Origin: an uncultured Clostridia bacterium
Lineage (GTDB): Bacteria > Bacillota > Clostridia > Christensenellales > Borkfalkiaceae
Assembly (NCBI GenBank): GCA_947625065.1
Contig: CANQNB010000001.1
Location: forward strand, 1 to 41,314
Direction: 5' to 3'
Length of the DNA: 41,314 nt
This document shows, piece after piece, positions 25,844-35,570 of the stretch; the first letter of the stretch is position 1; every line of letters starts with the position of its first letter. The notes under the pieces are model-generated. The model searched no databases. It had not been told where the DNA came from and worked only from the letters and a program-made list of their open reading frames with translations. A program made the translations under genes and the position numbers.

Positions 25844-27196
25844 ATGAAATTTCCCAAGATGAAAAACAGAATGAACGTGTGGGGGTATCTCTCGCTCGGC
25901 TACCTTGCGGTCATCGCCGTGGGGACGGTTCTGCTCGTTTTGCCCTTCTCCGCACGGGAGGGGAGGACGTCCTTTATCGACGCCCTGTTCACCTCCGTCT
26001 CCGCCGCCTGCGTCACGGGGCTCGTACCCTTTGAGACCAACGTGCACTGGACGGGATTCGGGCAAGCTGTCATCCTCCTCCTCATCCAGTTCGGCGGGCT
26101 CGGCTTCATGACCTTCGTCTCCATTCTCCTCATGCTCGTGAGGCGGCTCGGGCAGTTCGAGCGCAAGGCGATCACGCAGGCGGTGGGGGGCACCTTCTCT
26201 GGCGTGAGGGCGCTCGTGCGGCGCATCGTCGTCGGCACCGTCATCTTCGAATTTTTGGGCGCGGTGCTTTTGTGCATCCGCTTTGTCCCCGACTTCGGCT
26301 GGGGCGCGGGGATCTGGAGGGCGGTCTTCCACTCGGTGTCCGCCTTCTGCAATGCGGGGTTCGACATCATGGGCGGCACCATAGCGGGGACGGGCTCGAT
26401 GTCCTACTATGCGAAGGACCCTCTCGTATGCCTCACCCTGTGCGCCCTCATCATCGTGGGCGGGCTCGGCTTCTGCGTCTGGGGGGACATCTGGGAGAGC
26501 CGCGGCAACCCCAAAAAACTGCAGCTGTACACCAAGGTCATCCTCATCGTCAATACCGTGCTCATCGTCGCGGGGACGCTGCTCTTTCTGCTCTTCGAGC
26601 GCAACAGCACGGCGTATGAGGGCATGAATTTTGGGGAGCGCCTGCTCGCCTCCCTCTTCAACTCGGTGACGGCGCGCACCGCGGGGTTCTACACGACCGA
26701 TCCCTCCGCGCTCTCCGACAGCGGCAGCATCCTCATGATCATCCTCATGTTCATCGGCGGCAGCTCGGGCAGCACGGCGGGCGGCATCAAAGTGGGCACG
26801 TTTACGGTCATCATCATGGGCATGGTAGCCGCCTTTCGCGCCAAGAAGGACATCAACGTCGGGAAGCGGCGCATCGATTCCCGCCTGCTTTCCCAGGCGC
26901 TCGCCATCTTTGCGGCGTATCTTCTGCTCGCCGTGACGGCGACGGTCGTCATCTGCGCCATCGAACCCGACGGCGAGGGAACGACCCTCCGTGCGGTCTT
27001 CGAGGCGGTCTCGGCGCTCGGGACGGTGGGGCTCTCCATGGGGTACACCGAGACGCTACACTGGGCGTCCAAGCTCGTGCTCATCCTGCTCATGTATACG
27101 GGTCGGGCGGGGGTGCTCACGCTCGCCTTCGCCCTCGGGCGCAAACGGGAAACGGCAGAGATCCGCCGCCCGGTCGACACCTTCTTCATCGGCTAA
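25844..27196 (+). CDS. ktrB: TrkH/KtrB-family potassium uptake membrane subunit
   Basis: 450-aa polytopic protein with TrkH-type pore-loop repeats (SVSAACVTGL, NAGFD, RTAGF, GGSSGSTAGGIKV). Confidence 0.88.
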   Translation: MKFPKMKNRMNVWGYLSLGYLAVIAVGTVLLVLPFSAREGRTSFIDALFTSVSAACVTGLVPFETNVHWTGFGQAVILLLIQFGGLGFMTFVSILLMLVRRLGQFERKAITQAVGGTFSGVRALVRRIVVGTVIFEFLGAVLLCIRFVPDFGWGAGIWRAVFHSVSAFCNAGFDIMGGTIAGTGSMSYYAKDPLVCLTLCALIIVGGLGFCVWGDIWESRGNPKKLQLYTKVILIVNTVLIVAGTLLFLLFERNSTAYEGMNFGERLLASLFNSVTARTAGFYTTDPSALSDSGSILMIILMFIGGSSGSTAGGIKVGTFTVIIMGMVAAFRAKKDINVGKRRIDSRLLSQALAIFAAYLLLAVTATVVICAIEPDGEGTTLRAVFEAVSALGTVGLSMGYTETLHWASKLVLILLMYTGRAGVLTLAFALGRKRETAEIRRPVDTFFIG

Positions 27197-27264
27197 ACCG
27201 TGCAGCGCCGTGCGGGGAAATTCCTCGGCGCGGCAGACAGCATGTCATCAAAGGGAGAAAACTT

Positions 27265-27918
27265 ATGAAATCATTTTTGCTCATCGGCTTGGGGAAGTTC
27301 GGGCGCACGCTCGGTCAGCGTCTGCTCGACTTCGGCGACGAGGTCACGATCGTCGATAAAAACGAGGACATCGTCAACTCGCTCGCCTCCCGCTACACCA
27401 ACGCGTTCATTGCGAACTGCATGAACATCGACAACCTGCGCGAGATGGACGTCCCCTCCTACGACGCGTGCATCGTGGCGATCAGCGACGACTTTCAGGC
27501 GTCCCTCGAGATCACGGCGAACCTCAAGGATCTGAAGGCGAAAAAGGTGATCTCCCGCGCTGCGACCGAGATCCAGAACAAGTTTCTGCTGCGCGTGGGC
27601 GGGGACGAAGTCATCTACCCCGACCGCGACATCGCAGAGAAGCTCGCCCTGCGGCTCAATTCGACCAACGTCATCAATTACATCGACCTCGACACCGATT
27701 TCTCCATCTTCGAGATCGCCTGCCCCAAGAAGTGGGCGGGGCACAAGCTGGTCGACGTCAATCCCCGCAAAAAGTACGGCATGAACATCCTCACCGTCAA
27801 GAACGGGCAGGAGGTGCTCTATACCCTCGAACCCGACTATATCTTCCGCGCGGAGGACCAGCTCGTCGTCTTCGGGAAGTCCGATCCCATTCTCAAATTC
27901 GTCAACAAGACCAAGTGA
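27265..27918 (+). CDS. ktrA: TrkA/KtrA potassium uptake regulatory subunit (RCK N and C domains)
   Basis: The [16 protein letters not shown] Rossmann motif is followed by a TrkA-C-like C-terminus. RBS AAGGGAGA. Confidence 0.88.
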   Translation: MKSFLLIGLGKFGRTLGQRLLDFGDEVTIVDKNEDIVNSLASRYTNAFIANCMNIDNLREMDVPSYDACIVAISDDFQASLEITANLKDLKAKKVISRAATEIQNKFLLRVGGDEVIYPDRDIAEKLALRLNSTNVINYIDLDTDFSIFEIACPKKWAGHKLVDVNPRKKYGMNILTVKNGQEVLYTLEPDYIFRAEDQLVVFGKSDPILKFVNKTK

Positions 27919-27983
27919 GCGCCCTTTCTGCCCGCAGAAAGCCGTTCGACAAAGTTTGCGGCAGGAAAATTCCGGCAAAAATG

Positions 27984-28012
27984 TTGACGCCCGCCGCAAA
28001 GCGTGGTATAAT
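27984..28012 (+). promoter_or_regulatory. Sigma-A-type promoter for gap
   Basis: TTGACG, a 17-nt spacer, then TGGTATAAT. Confidence 0.6.
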
Positions 28013-28066
28013 AGACATCGGAAATCAGGCGCGGATCGCGCCAAAAGTATTCGGAGGAATGTAAAA

Positions 28067-29089
28067 ATGGCAAACGTAAAAGTTGCAATCAACGGCTTCG
28101 GGCGCATCGGACGCCTCGCTTTCAGGCAGATGTTCGGCGCCGAAGGGTATGAGATCGTCGCGATCAACGACCTGACCAGCCCCAAGATGCTCGCCCACCT
28201 GTTGAAGTATGACAGTGCGCAGGGCAGATATGCTCTTGCCGACACCGTCTTTGCGGACGACGAAGCGGGCACCCTCACCGTGGACGGCAAGACCATCCGC
28301 ATTTATGCGGAAAAGGACGCCGCAAACCTTCCTTGGGGGGAACTCGGCGTGGACGTCGTGCTTGAATGCACGGGCTTCTACACCTCGAAGGCGAAGTCGG
28401 AAGCGCACCTCAAGGCAGGCGCCAAGAAGGTCGTCATCTCCGCTCCCGCGGGCAACGATCTGCCCACCATCGTCTTCGGCGTCAACGAAAAGACGCTCAA
28501 AGCAGAGGACACCATCATCTCTGCCGCATCCTGCACCACGAACTGCCTCGCTCCCATGGCATTCGCGCTCAACAACGCCTATCCCATCGTCTCGGGCATC
28601 ATGACGACCGTCCACGCCTTCACGGGCGACCAGATGGTGCTTGACGGACCTCACCGCAAGGGTGACCTCCGCCGTGCCCGCGCCGCTGCGATCAACATCG
28701 TTCCCAACTCCACGGGCGCAGCGAAGGCGATCGGTCTCGTCATCCCCGAACTCAACGGTAAGCTCATCGGCAGCGCACAGCGCGTTCCCGTTCCCACCGG
28801 CTCCACGACCATCCTCGTCGCCGTCGTCAAGGGGAAGGACGTCACCAAGGCTTCGATCAATGCCGCGATGAAGGCGGCGGCTTCCGCTTCCTTCGGCTAC
28901 ACCGAGGAAGAGCTCGTCTCCTCCGACATCATCGGCATCACCTACGGTTCGCTGTTCGATGCAACGCAGACGATGGTCACAAAGATCGACGACGACACCT
29001 ATCAGGTACAGGTCGTTTCGTGGTACGACAACGAGAACAGCTACACCTCCCAGATGGTGCGCACGATCAAGTATTTCGCAGAGCTCTGA
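28067..29089 (+). CDS. gap: Type I glyceraldehyde-3-phosphate dehydrogenase
   Basis: Start at [16 protein letters not shown] (ATG at 28067, RBS GGAGGAA), with the [10 protein letters not shown] active site and WYDNE. Confidence 0.96.
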   Translation: MANVKVAINGFGRIGRLAFRQMFGAEGYEIVAINDLTSPKMLAHLLKYDSAQGRYALADTVFADDEAGTLTVDGKTIRIYAEKDAANLPWGELGVDVVLECTGFYTSKAKSEAHLKAGAKKVVISAPAGNDLPTIVFGVNEKTLKAEDTIISAASCTTNCLAPMAFALNNAYPIVSGIMTTVHAFTGDQMVLDGPHRKGDLRRARAAAINIVPNSTGAAKAIGLVIPELNGKLIGSAQRVPVPTGSTTILVAVVKGKDVTKASINAAMKAAASASFGYTEEELVSSDIIGITYGSLFDATQTMVTKIDDDTYQVQVVSWYDNENSYTSQMVRTIKYFAEL

Positions 29090-29138
29090 TCTTACGCTCA
29101 AAAGGAAAAACTTGCGGGGCACTCCCCGCGGAAAAGAA

Positions 29139-29165
29139 GGGACGGCTTCGGTCGTCCCTTTTCTC
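29139..29165 (+). terminator. Rho-independent terminator after gap
   Basis: GGGACG-GCTTCGGT-CGTCCC followed by TTTTCTCTT. It is preceded by a second small hairpin, GCGGGG-CACT-CCCCGC. Confidence 0.7.
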
Positions 29166-29179
29166 TTGCGCTTTCCCTT

Positions 29180-29273
29180 GGCTCCACCTTTGGGGGAGCT
29201 CCGCCGCAGGCGGTGAGGGGGTTCCGCCGCTCATCGAATACACCTCATCGGAGGGGGGCATGTCCGAGGCATG
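29180..29273. repeat. Modules of the intergenic hairpin repeat family
   Basis: GGCTCCACCTTTGGGGGAGCT (29180-29200) is the inverse of 127-147. GGGGGCATGTCCGAGGCATG (29254-29273) is related to 35233-35255. Confidence 0.65.
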
Positions 29274-29305
29274 ACTTCACATTCTTCTGCATACAATAAG
29301 AAGAA

Positions 29306-29560
29306 ATGAAACTCGGGGCAGAGATTCTCAAGCGATTGGGCGGAGAGGACCCGTCGCACATCACCTACACGGTCACCGACGGCGGGGGCGGGTATTTTTG
29401 CAACGTCAGGCGGGTCGCCGAGCTCTCCCCTGCGCGCATCGTCGTGCGGGGGAAGAAGGGCGGGCTCGCCGTCGAGGGGGAGGGGCTCGCGCTCGGCAGG
29501 TACGACGAGGGCGACCTCGAAGTGCGGGGGAGCATCTTCCTCGTGAAGAGGGAGGGCTGA
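29306..29560 (+). CDS. yqfC: YabP/YqfC-family sporulation protein
   Basis: 84 aa with a YabP-like pattern (ITY...G..F.NV.RV.E.S...I........L.V.G..L.......GDLEV.G.I). It sits immediately upstream of yqfD-phoH, as in Bacillus. Confidence 0.6.
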   Translation: MKLGAEILKRLGGEDPSHITYTVTDGGGGYFCNVRRVAELSPARIVVRGKKGGLAVEGEGLALGRYDEGDLEVRGSIFLVKREG

Positions 29561-29561
29561 C

Positions 29562-30434
29562 ATGCGCGCTTTTCCCTTCGGGAAGGTCGTCTTCACGGTG
29601 AGGAGCCTCTCCGCCTCCCGTGCCCCCGAACGGCTCGCAAAGGGCGGGGTCGGCGTGCTCGGCGCGCGGGAACTGCAAAAAAATGCGGTAGAAGTGACGA
29701 TCCGCGCCAAAGATATGAAAAAAGCCTTTGCAATTTTGCAAAGTTCATGTTATAATATAGAAAATATTCGTTACCGTGGCAGTGCGCGGGCGGCGCAGCG
29801 GGCGCTTGCCTCCGCGGGGCTGCTCGCGGGCGCCCTGCTCTTTTGCGCGGTCTCCCTGTTCGCTTCGACGCGCGTGCTCAAAGTGGAAGTCCAGGGGAGC
29901 GGCGCCTACTACGAGCGGGAGGTGCTCGCCATCCTCCGCGAAGAGGGGGTCACGCCCTTTTCGGCGATGCCCCGCGACACGGGCGGCTGCACGGCGCGCA
30001 TCCTCTCCCTCCCCGGGGTGGAATTCTGCTCCTTCAAACGGGAGGGCAGCATCCTCGTCGTAGAGGTGCAATGCGCCCAAAGCGAAGCCCCGATCGCGGG
30101 CATGCCCCTCACGTCGCCCGTCTCGGGTGTGGTGGAGGAGCTCATCGTCATCCGCGGGACGGCGCTCGTTTTTGAGGGGGAAGAGGTCGCCGCGGGAGAC
30201 ACCGTCATCGCCGATTATGTCCTTCGCGGCGAGAAGAAGATCCCCGTCGCCGTGATCGGTTCGGTCACCGTGCGGAGCGAATTTTCCAAGGAATACGAGG
30301 GCACCGAGGCGGAGGCGGTCGCGCAGGCGATGCTCGACTTCGGCTCGCCCGCCGAGATACATACCCGAAAAACAGAGCGGGGTTGGCTCGTGGAGGGCGT
30401 CGCGAAGACGTCGGTCTCCCTCAACCTCGGTTAG
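29562..30434 (+). CDS. yqfD: YqfD-family sporulation protein
   Basis: 290 aa with a central TM segment (LLAGALLFCAVSLFA). Its position between yqfC and phoH matches conserved synteny. Confidence 0.6.
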   Translation: MRAFPFGKVVFTVRSLSASRAPERLAKGGVGVLGARELQKNAVEVTIRAKDMKKAFAILQSSCYNIENIRYRGSARAAQRALASAGLLAGALLFCAVSLFASTRVLKVEVQGSGAYYEREVLAILREEGVTPFSAMPRDTGGCTARILSLPGVEFCSFKREGSILVVEVQCAQSEAPIAGMPLTSPVSGVVEELIVIRGTALVFEGEEVAAGDTVIADYVLRGEKKIPVAVIGSVTVRSEFSKEYEGTEAEAVAQAMLDFGSPAEIHTRKTERGWLVEGVAKTSVSLNLG

Positions 30435-30442
30435 GAGGCAAT

Positions 30443-31414
30443 TTGCAAGTTACGGTCGATACGGGGTCGCTCGATCTCCTCACGCAGGTCATCGGCGTCT
30501 TCGACGAAAATCTCAACACCGTCGCGCGGGAGCTCGGGCTCCTCACCCGTCTCGAGGGGACAAGCATCATCCTCGAGGGGGATGCGGAGGCGGCGCACAT
30601 CGGCGGGGAGGTCATCAAGAGCCTGCTCGTCACCGCCGAAGCGGGGGAAGCCATCGACAAGACCCGCCTTCTCTACTGCATTGAGCTCGCACGGGAGGGG
30701 CATGCCCGGGACATCGAGGGCATTATGCACGACGTCATCGCCGTTTCCTCGCGCGGAAAGCCTGTCAAGTGCAAGACGGTGGGGCAAAAGCAATACGTCC
30801 AAGCCGTGCGCAGTCACACAGTGACCTTCGGCGTCGGACCCGCGGGCACGGGCAAGACCTACCTCGCCGTCTGCCTCGCCGTCGCCGCCTACAAGGGCAA
30901 GGAGGTCGAAAAGATCATCCTCACCCGTCCCGCCGTGGAGGCGGGCGAGAAGTTGGGCTTTCTGCCGGGGGACCTGCAGACCAAGGTCGATCCCTATCTC
31001 CGTCCCCTGTACGACGCTTTGCAGGAGATGTTCGGCATGGAGACCTATCAGCGCCTCATGGAAAAGGGGGCGATCGAGGTCGCGCCCCTCGCCTATATGC
31101 GCGGCAGAACGCTGTCCGACGCCTTTGTCATCCTCGATGAGGCGCAGAACGCGACCTGCGAGCAGATGAAGATGTTTCTGACCCGCCTCGGGGAGGGGAG
31201 CAAGATGGTCGTCACGGGCGACCTCACGCAGACCGATCTTCCCGCGGGGAAGACGAGCGGGCTCCGCCAAGCCGTGCGCATCCTCGACGGTGTCGAAGAC
31301 ATCGCCGTCTGCCGTCTCACGGAAAAGGACGTCGTGCGCCATCCCCTCGTCACGCGCATCGTCCGTGCGTATGAAAAAGAGGAGAACAAACGAAGAAAGG
31401 GAGGGAATCCATGA
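30443..31414 (+). CDS. phoH: PhoH-family ATPase
   Basis: GVGPAGTGKTYLAV Walker A, ILDEAQN Walker B and a PhoH C-terminal block. A TTG start at 30443 just after AGGAGG is preferred over the ATG at 30383, which would overlap yqfD by 52 nt. Confidence 0.88.
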   Translation: MQVTVDTGSLDLLTQVIGVFDENLNTVARELGLLTRLEGTSIILEGDAEAAHIGGEVIKSLLVTAEAGEAIDKTRLLYCIELAREGHARDIEGIMHDVIAVSSRGKPVKCKTVGQKQYVQAVRSHTVTFGVGPAGTGKTYLAVCLAVAAYKGKEVEKIILTRPAVEAGEKLGFLPGDLQTKVDPYLRPLYDALQEMFGMETYQRLMEKGAIEVAPLAYMRGRTLSDAFVILDEAQNATCEQMKMFLTRLGEGSKMVVTGDLTQTDLPAGKTSGLRQAVRILDGVEDIAVCRLTEKDVVRHPLVTRIVRAYEKEENKRRKGGNP

Positions 31415-32925
31415 AAGAGAAACAGAACGCAAAGCCGACGGTGGGGCGCAAGCTGGGTGCGAGCGTCGCCGTCTTTTTCGGCTGCTATTTCATCATGCTC
31501 CTCATCGTCTTCCTGATGACGGTCGTCAACGACCCCAAGCATTGGTATGCCTACCTTGCGGGGCACTCCTCCGAGTCGCTCACCCTCGTTGTGACCATCT
31601 TCTTCCTGTTCGCGATCGTCTTCTTCTATTATCTGTTTGAGGACTTCAAGACGCTGCTCAAAGTCAAAGACCTCTTCCTCATCTTCACCCTGCTCTTTAT
31701 TTCGACGATCATCTGCTACATCTTTGGGCGGTTCATCCATTTTTACTCCCGCCCCCTCGCCATGTTCGCCATCCTCGCCATCTGTCTGCTCAACCGCAGG
31801 CAGGCGATCTTCCTCAACTTCATCTTCGGGTTGCTGCTCTTCGTCATCGACCTGTGCACCAACACCCTCGCGACCTCGGGGCTCGCCGCCTCTGGCATCT
31901 CGGCGCAGATCTTTTCCTCCTTTCTTTTGACCTTCCTGTCGGGCACCTTCGGCGTGTTCTTTGCGGGAAGCGCCAAGACGCGCGGAAGCCTTCTCCTCAC
32001 CGGCGTGTTCACCGCCGTGCCGACGGTCATCGTCGTCCTTCTCTTCAATCTGCCCGAGATCACGAGCGATTGGATCGATTACGTCTCCGCCGTCGGGTTC
32101 CGCATCCTCGCCTGCATCCTCTCGGGCGTGCTCGCGCTCGCGCTGCTGCCCTTCTTCGAATGGGCGTTCAACCGCCTCACCGTTTTCCGCCTCAGGGAAC
32201 TGACGAGTACGGACGCCGCGCTTCTCGTGCGCCTCAAAAAGGAGGCGCCCGGGACCTTCAACCACTCCCTCATCGTTGCGCAGCTCGCAGAATCGTGCGC
32301 TGTCGCGATCGGGGAGAACGCCGAGCTCGCGAGGGCGGCGGCATACTACCACGACGTCGGCAAGCTCAAGGAGCCCGAGGGCTTCACCGAGAACCAGACC
32401 GACTACAACCTGCACGACGAGATCACCCCCGAGCTCTCGGCAGACATCATCCGCTCGCACACCAAGAACGGCTACGATTTGCTTATCGCGAACCACCTGC
32501 CCAAGGAGATCGCGTGCGTCGCGCTCGAACATCACGGCACCCTGCCCATCAAGTACTTCTACGACAAGGCGGTGCGCTATTCGGGCGACGCGGACCTGCG
32601 CGACTTCTCCTACTTCGGACCCCTTCCGCAGTCGAAGATCTCGGCGATCATCATGGTATCCGATGCGGTGGAGGCGGCAGTCCGTGCGATGGCAGACCGT
32701 TCCCCCGAACAGGTCGAAAAGGTGTGCCGCAGCATCATCGAGGAGCGCATGGACCTCGGGCAGTTCGACGAGTGCGACATCACGATGAAGGAACTCACTA
32801 TCATCAAGCTCACCCTCGTCGAGGCACTCTCGGGCGTCCATCACCACCGCGTCAAGTACCCCAACATCCAGTTCAACCGCGACCGCGAGGCGGTCAGTAC
32901 AGAAGAGGGAAAGGACAATGGCTGA
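31411..32925 (+). CDS. pgpH: 7TM-HD membrane phosphohydrolase (PgpH/YqfF family, HDIG domain)
   Basis: N-terminal multi-TM region followed by an HD domain (HSLIVAQLAE, AAYYHDVGK, LEHHG). ATGA overlap with phoH. Confidence 0.85.
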   Translation: MKEKQNAKPTVGRKLGASVAVFFGCYFIMLLIVFLMTVVNDPKHWYAYLAGHSSESLTLVVTIFFLFAIVFFYYLFEDFKTLLKVKDLFLIFTLLFISTIICYIFGRFIHFYSRPLAMFAILAICLLNRRQAIFLNFIFGLLLFVIDLCTNTLATSGLAASGISAQIFSSFLLTFLSGTFGVFFAGSAKTRGSLLLTGVFTAVPTVIVVLLFNLPEITSDWIDYVSAVGFRILACILSGVLALALLPFFEWAFNRLTVFRLRELTSTDAALLVRLKKEAPGTFNHSLIVAQLAESCAVAIGENAELARAAAYYHDVGKLKEPEGFTENQTDYNLHDEITPELSADIIRSHTKNGYDLLIANHLPKEIACVALEHHGTLPIKYFYDKAVRYSGDADLRDFSYFGPLPQSKISAIIMVSDAVEAAVRAMADRSPEQVEKVCRSIIEERMDLGQFDECDITMKELTIIKLTLVEALSGVHHHRVKYPNIQFNRDREAVSTEEGKDNG

Positions 32926-33406
32926 GTTTATCATCGACGAAGATTCCCTCAAGGGCGAGGAGGTCGCAGCCCTGCAAAATGCGCTTTCCGAAGCGGCCGA
33001 TTCGGACATGCCCCTCGTGCTTGAGCTCTTGTTCGTCTCCGAGGAGGAGATCCGCAGCCTCAACGCGAGGGAGCGGAACATCGACCGCGTGACCGATGTT
33101 CTGAGCTTCCCCGCCATGGAACTTGTCCCCGGCGAGCCGATCTGTTCGGAGGAACACGGCGAGTGCATCGAGAGCGTGGAGGAGGGCGAACGGCTCTACC
33201 TCGGCAGCGTCGTCATCTGCACCAAGCGGGCAGAGGAGCAGGCGGAAGAGTACGGGCATTCGCTCGCGCGGGAGATCGGCTATCTCGCGGTGCACGGCGC
33301 CCTGCATTGCCTCGGCTACGACCACGAACGGGAGGAAGACCGCACCGTGATGCGGCAGAAAGAGGAAGAGATCATGGAGCATCTCGGACTGGGGAGAAAG
33401 GCATGA
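32918..33406 (+). CDS. ybeY: rRNA maturation RNase YbeY
   Basis: HGALHCLGYDH zinc-binding motif. It overlaps pgpH by 8 nt. Confidence 0.92.
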   Translation: MAEFIIDEDSLKGEEVAALQNALSEAADSDMPLVLELLFVSEEEIRSLNARERNIDRVTDVLSFPAMELVPGEPICSEEHGECIESVEEGERLYLGSVVICTKRAEEQAEEYGHSLAREIGYLAVHGALHCLGYDHEREEDRTVMRQKEEEIMEHLGLGRKA

Positions 33407-34293
33407 AGAGCGGAACGGTCGCCGTCATCGGCAAGGCAAACGCGGGGAAATCCACCCTCATCAACGTACTCGTCGGCGAAAAGGTCGCCATCGTCTCCCC
33501 CAAACCGCAGACCACGCGCGACCGCATCCTCGGCATTTCCACGCACGAGAACTATCAGATCGTGTTCGTGGACACGCCCGGCATCTACAGACAGCGCAAC
33601 GCGCTCACCGAGCTCATGATGAAGCGGACGGAGACGACCTCGAAGGACGTCGACGCCATCCTCTTCGTCCACGACGGGCACGCTGGGCTCAAAGAGGACG
33701 ACGTCGCCCTCATGAAAAAATATACCTCGCTCGGGGTGCCCGCCATCATCGCCTACACCAAGATCGACATCATGCCAAGGGAGAACATCCCTGCCGACGT
33801 CAAGATGCTGTTCGAGGCGGGCGTGACCGCGGACGTGTACCCCGTGTCCGCGAGGAAGGGCATTCATCTCAAAAAATTGGAACAGGCGATCGTGGACATG
33901 CTCCCCGAGGGCGACCCCCTCTACGGCGACGATGTCGTCTCCGACCGCAGCGAAAAGTTTATGGTCGGCGAGCTCATGCGCGAGAAGATCCTCCTCAAAT
34001 ACCGGAAGGAGATCCCGCACGGTGTGGCGATCGTCGTCAACAAATTCGAGAAGCAGGAGAACGGGGTGTACGACGTCGATCTCGACGTCGTCTGCGAGAA
34101 AAAGAATCACAAGTCCATCCTCATCGGCAAGCAGGGGCAGGCGCTCAAGGAGGTCGCCTCCTTCGCCCGCAAGGACATGGAGAAGCTCCTCGGCGCCAAA
34201 GTTTTCCTTACCGTCTACGTCAAGGTGAAGGAGGACTGGCGGGACAAGCGCACCCTGATGAAGGAGCTCGGCTACCGCCCAGACGACCTGTAA
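33403..34293 (+). CDS. era: GTPase Era
   Basis: Start at MKSGTVAVIGKANAGKSTL (ATGA overlap with ybeY), with DTPG, TKID and a KH domain C-terminus. Confidence 0.93.
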   Translation: MKSGTVAVIGKANAGKSTLINVLVGEKVAIVSPKPQTTRDRILGISTHENYQIVFVDTPGIYRQRNALTELMMKRTETTSKDVDAILFVHDGHAGLKEDDVALMKKYTSLGVPAIIAYTKIDIMPRENIPADVKMLFEAGVTADVYPVSARKGIHLKKLEQAIVDMLPEGDPLYGDDVVSDRSEKFMVGELMREKILLKYRKEIPHGVAIVVNKFEKQENGVYDVDLDVVCEKKNHKSILIGKQGQALKEVASFARKDMEKLLGAKVFLTVYVKVKEDWRDKRTLMKELGYRPDDL

Positions 34294-34343
34294 GATTCGC
34301 CCCTTGACGCATAACGTGGCACCCATGTCCGCATACTGGGGGT

Positions 34344-34451
34344 ATGGAAAAGGACGAAACGAGAAAGAAGGACGCAAAACAGATCGCGTGGAAGCTCTTC
34401 GAAGAGACGGGCAATTTCAGCTATTACATGCTGTACAAGCGATTGAAGTGA
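34344..34451 (+). CDS. yqzL: YqzL-family small protein (35 aa), not on the ORF track
   Basis: Hand translation gives MEKDETRKKDAKQIAWKLFEETGNFSYYMLYKRLK*. The W-x-x-F-x-x-TG-x-x-x-Y-x-L-x-K pattern and the position between era and recO match Bacillus yqzL. Confidence 0.55.
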   Translation: MEKDETRKKDAKQIAWKLFEETGNFSYYMLYKRLK

Positions 34452-34482
34452 CGGTCGCCGCCGCAGGCGGGAGGGCGCGGAG

Positions 34483-35214
34483 ATGGAATACAAGGCGGAC
34501 GCGCTCGTGCTGCGGGCGGCGGACTATGGCGAAAACGACAGAATGGTGACCCTGCTCACTGCCGGGCGCGGCAAGATCGGCGCGGGCATGAAGGGGGTGA
34601 GAAAGGCGGGCGCGAAGCTCAATTTTGCGTCGCAGCCTTTTTGTTTTGCCGAGTATGTCCTCGCCGAGCGGGGCGGCAGATACACGGTGACGCAGGCGGC
34701 TCTGCACGAGGGATTTTACGGGCTCCGCCTCGATCTTGCAAAATTCTACGCGGGCGCGGGCGTGCTCGAAACGTGTGACGCCTTCTCCGCCGAGGGGATG
34801 CCGTGCGGCGAGCTCCTCGTCTCTGCCGTGGAGGCGCTCTCGGGCATTGAGACGGCAAACGGGGCACCCATGTCCGCGCTTCTGTCCTTTCTTTTGCGGG
34901 CGGTGGAACTGGCGGGCTACCCCGTGACGGCGGGGGACTGCGCCGTCTGCGGGGGGAAGATGGCGGGGCGCCGCCGCTTCGACATGGCGAGCGGCCGTTT
35001 CACCTGCGCGGGCTGCGGAAACGGCGTTCCCGTGAGCGGCGTGACGTATGATGCCATCTGCGCCGCCGTTGAGCGGAGGACGGGGCGCTGCGAAGGGGAG
35101 GGGCATCCGAGCTGCCTTGACGGCGAGACGCGCGCCGTCCGCCTCCTCAAAGCGTACATCGCCTACCACACCGATGCCGAGCTCACTGCGCTCACCGATC
35201 TCCTTTCTCTGTGA
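34483..35214 (+). CDS. recO: DNA repair protein RecO
   Basis: N-terminal OB-fold block (ALVLRAADYGENDRMVTLLTAGRGK) and a C-terminal CxxC...CxxC zinc motif (CAVCGG...CAGCG). Confidence 0.9.
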   Translation: MEYKADALVLRAADYGENDRMVTLLTAGRGKIGAGMKGVRKAGAKLNFASQPFCFAEYVLAERGGRYTVTQAALHEGFYGLRLDLAKFYAGAGVLETCDAFSAEGMPCGELLVSAVEALSGIETANGAPMSALLSFLLRAVELAGYPVTAGDCAVCGGKMAGRRRFDMASGRFTCAGCGNGVPVSGVTYDAICAAVERRTGRCEGEGHPSCLDGETRAVRLLKAYIAYHTDAELTALTDLLSL

Positions 35215-35235
35215 ACTTTGACCGCAAACGATGGG

Positions 35236-35264
35236 GGCATGTCCGAGGACATGCCTCTTTTTTT
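35236..35264 (+). terminator. Rho-independent terminator after recO (also a module of the repeat family)
   Basis: GGCATGTC-CGAG-GACATGCC followed by TCTTTTTTT. Confidence 0.75.
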
Positions 35265-35269
35265 ATACT

Positions 35270-35570
35270 CTCGCCTCCCCCTTGAGGGGGAGCTGTCACG
35301 TAGTGACTGAGGGGGTACTGCCGCCCCCCTTATACGTGAGGGGGGAGGATGTCGCGGCTTTACCGCGACAGGTAGGGGGTGTATGATTTGAATGACACCC
35401 CTTCCGTCTCGCCGCAAGACGGCGAGCCACCCTTTCGGGCAAGTAGAATCTTGCCCTCGGTCACCGTTTGCGCGGCGAATGCGCTCATTCACCGCAAAAT
35501 GCCGCCCACAGCCCACCGGGCTGATGTGCGAGAATGCGTTTTGCGACCCTCGAGGGGTGGGCAAGGGAAT
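35270..35570. repeat. Modular hairpin repeat element (long copy)
   Basis: CCCCC-TTGA-GGGGG (35277-35290); GAGCTGTCACGTAGTGACTGAG (inverse of 3219-3240); CCCCCC-TTATACGTGA-GGGGGG (35324-35345); GTCGCGGCTTTACCGCGACAGGTAGGGGGTG; GACACCCCTTCCGTC (35394-35408); CCTCGAGGGGTGGGCAAG (35548-35565). Confidence 0.8.

Noticed and set aside
34304-34549. An 81-aa ORF between era and recO.
   Set aside because: It is an Arg-rich, motif-free translation that overlaps the recO start. A different frame encodes a YqzL-like small protein that fits conserved synteny.
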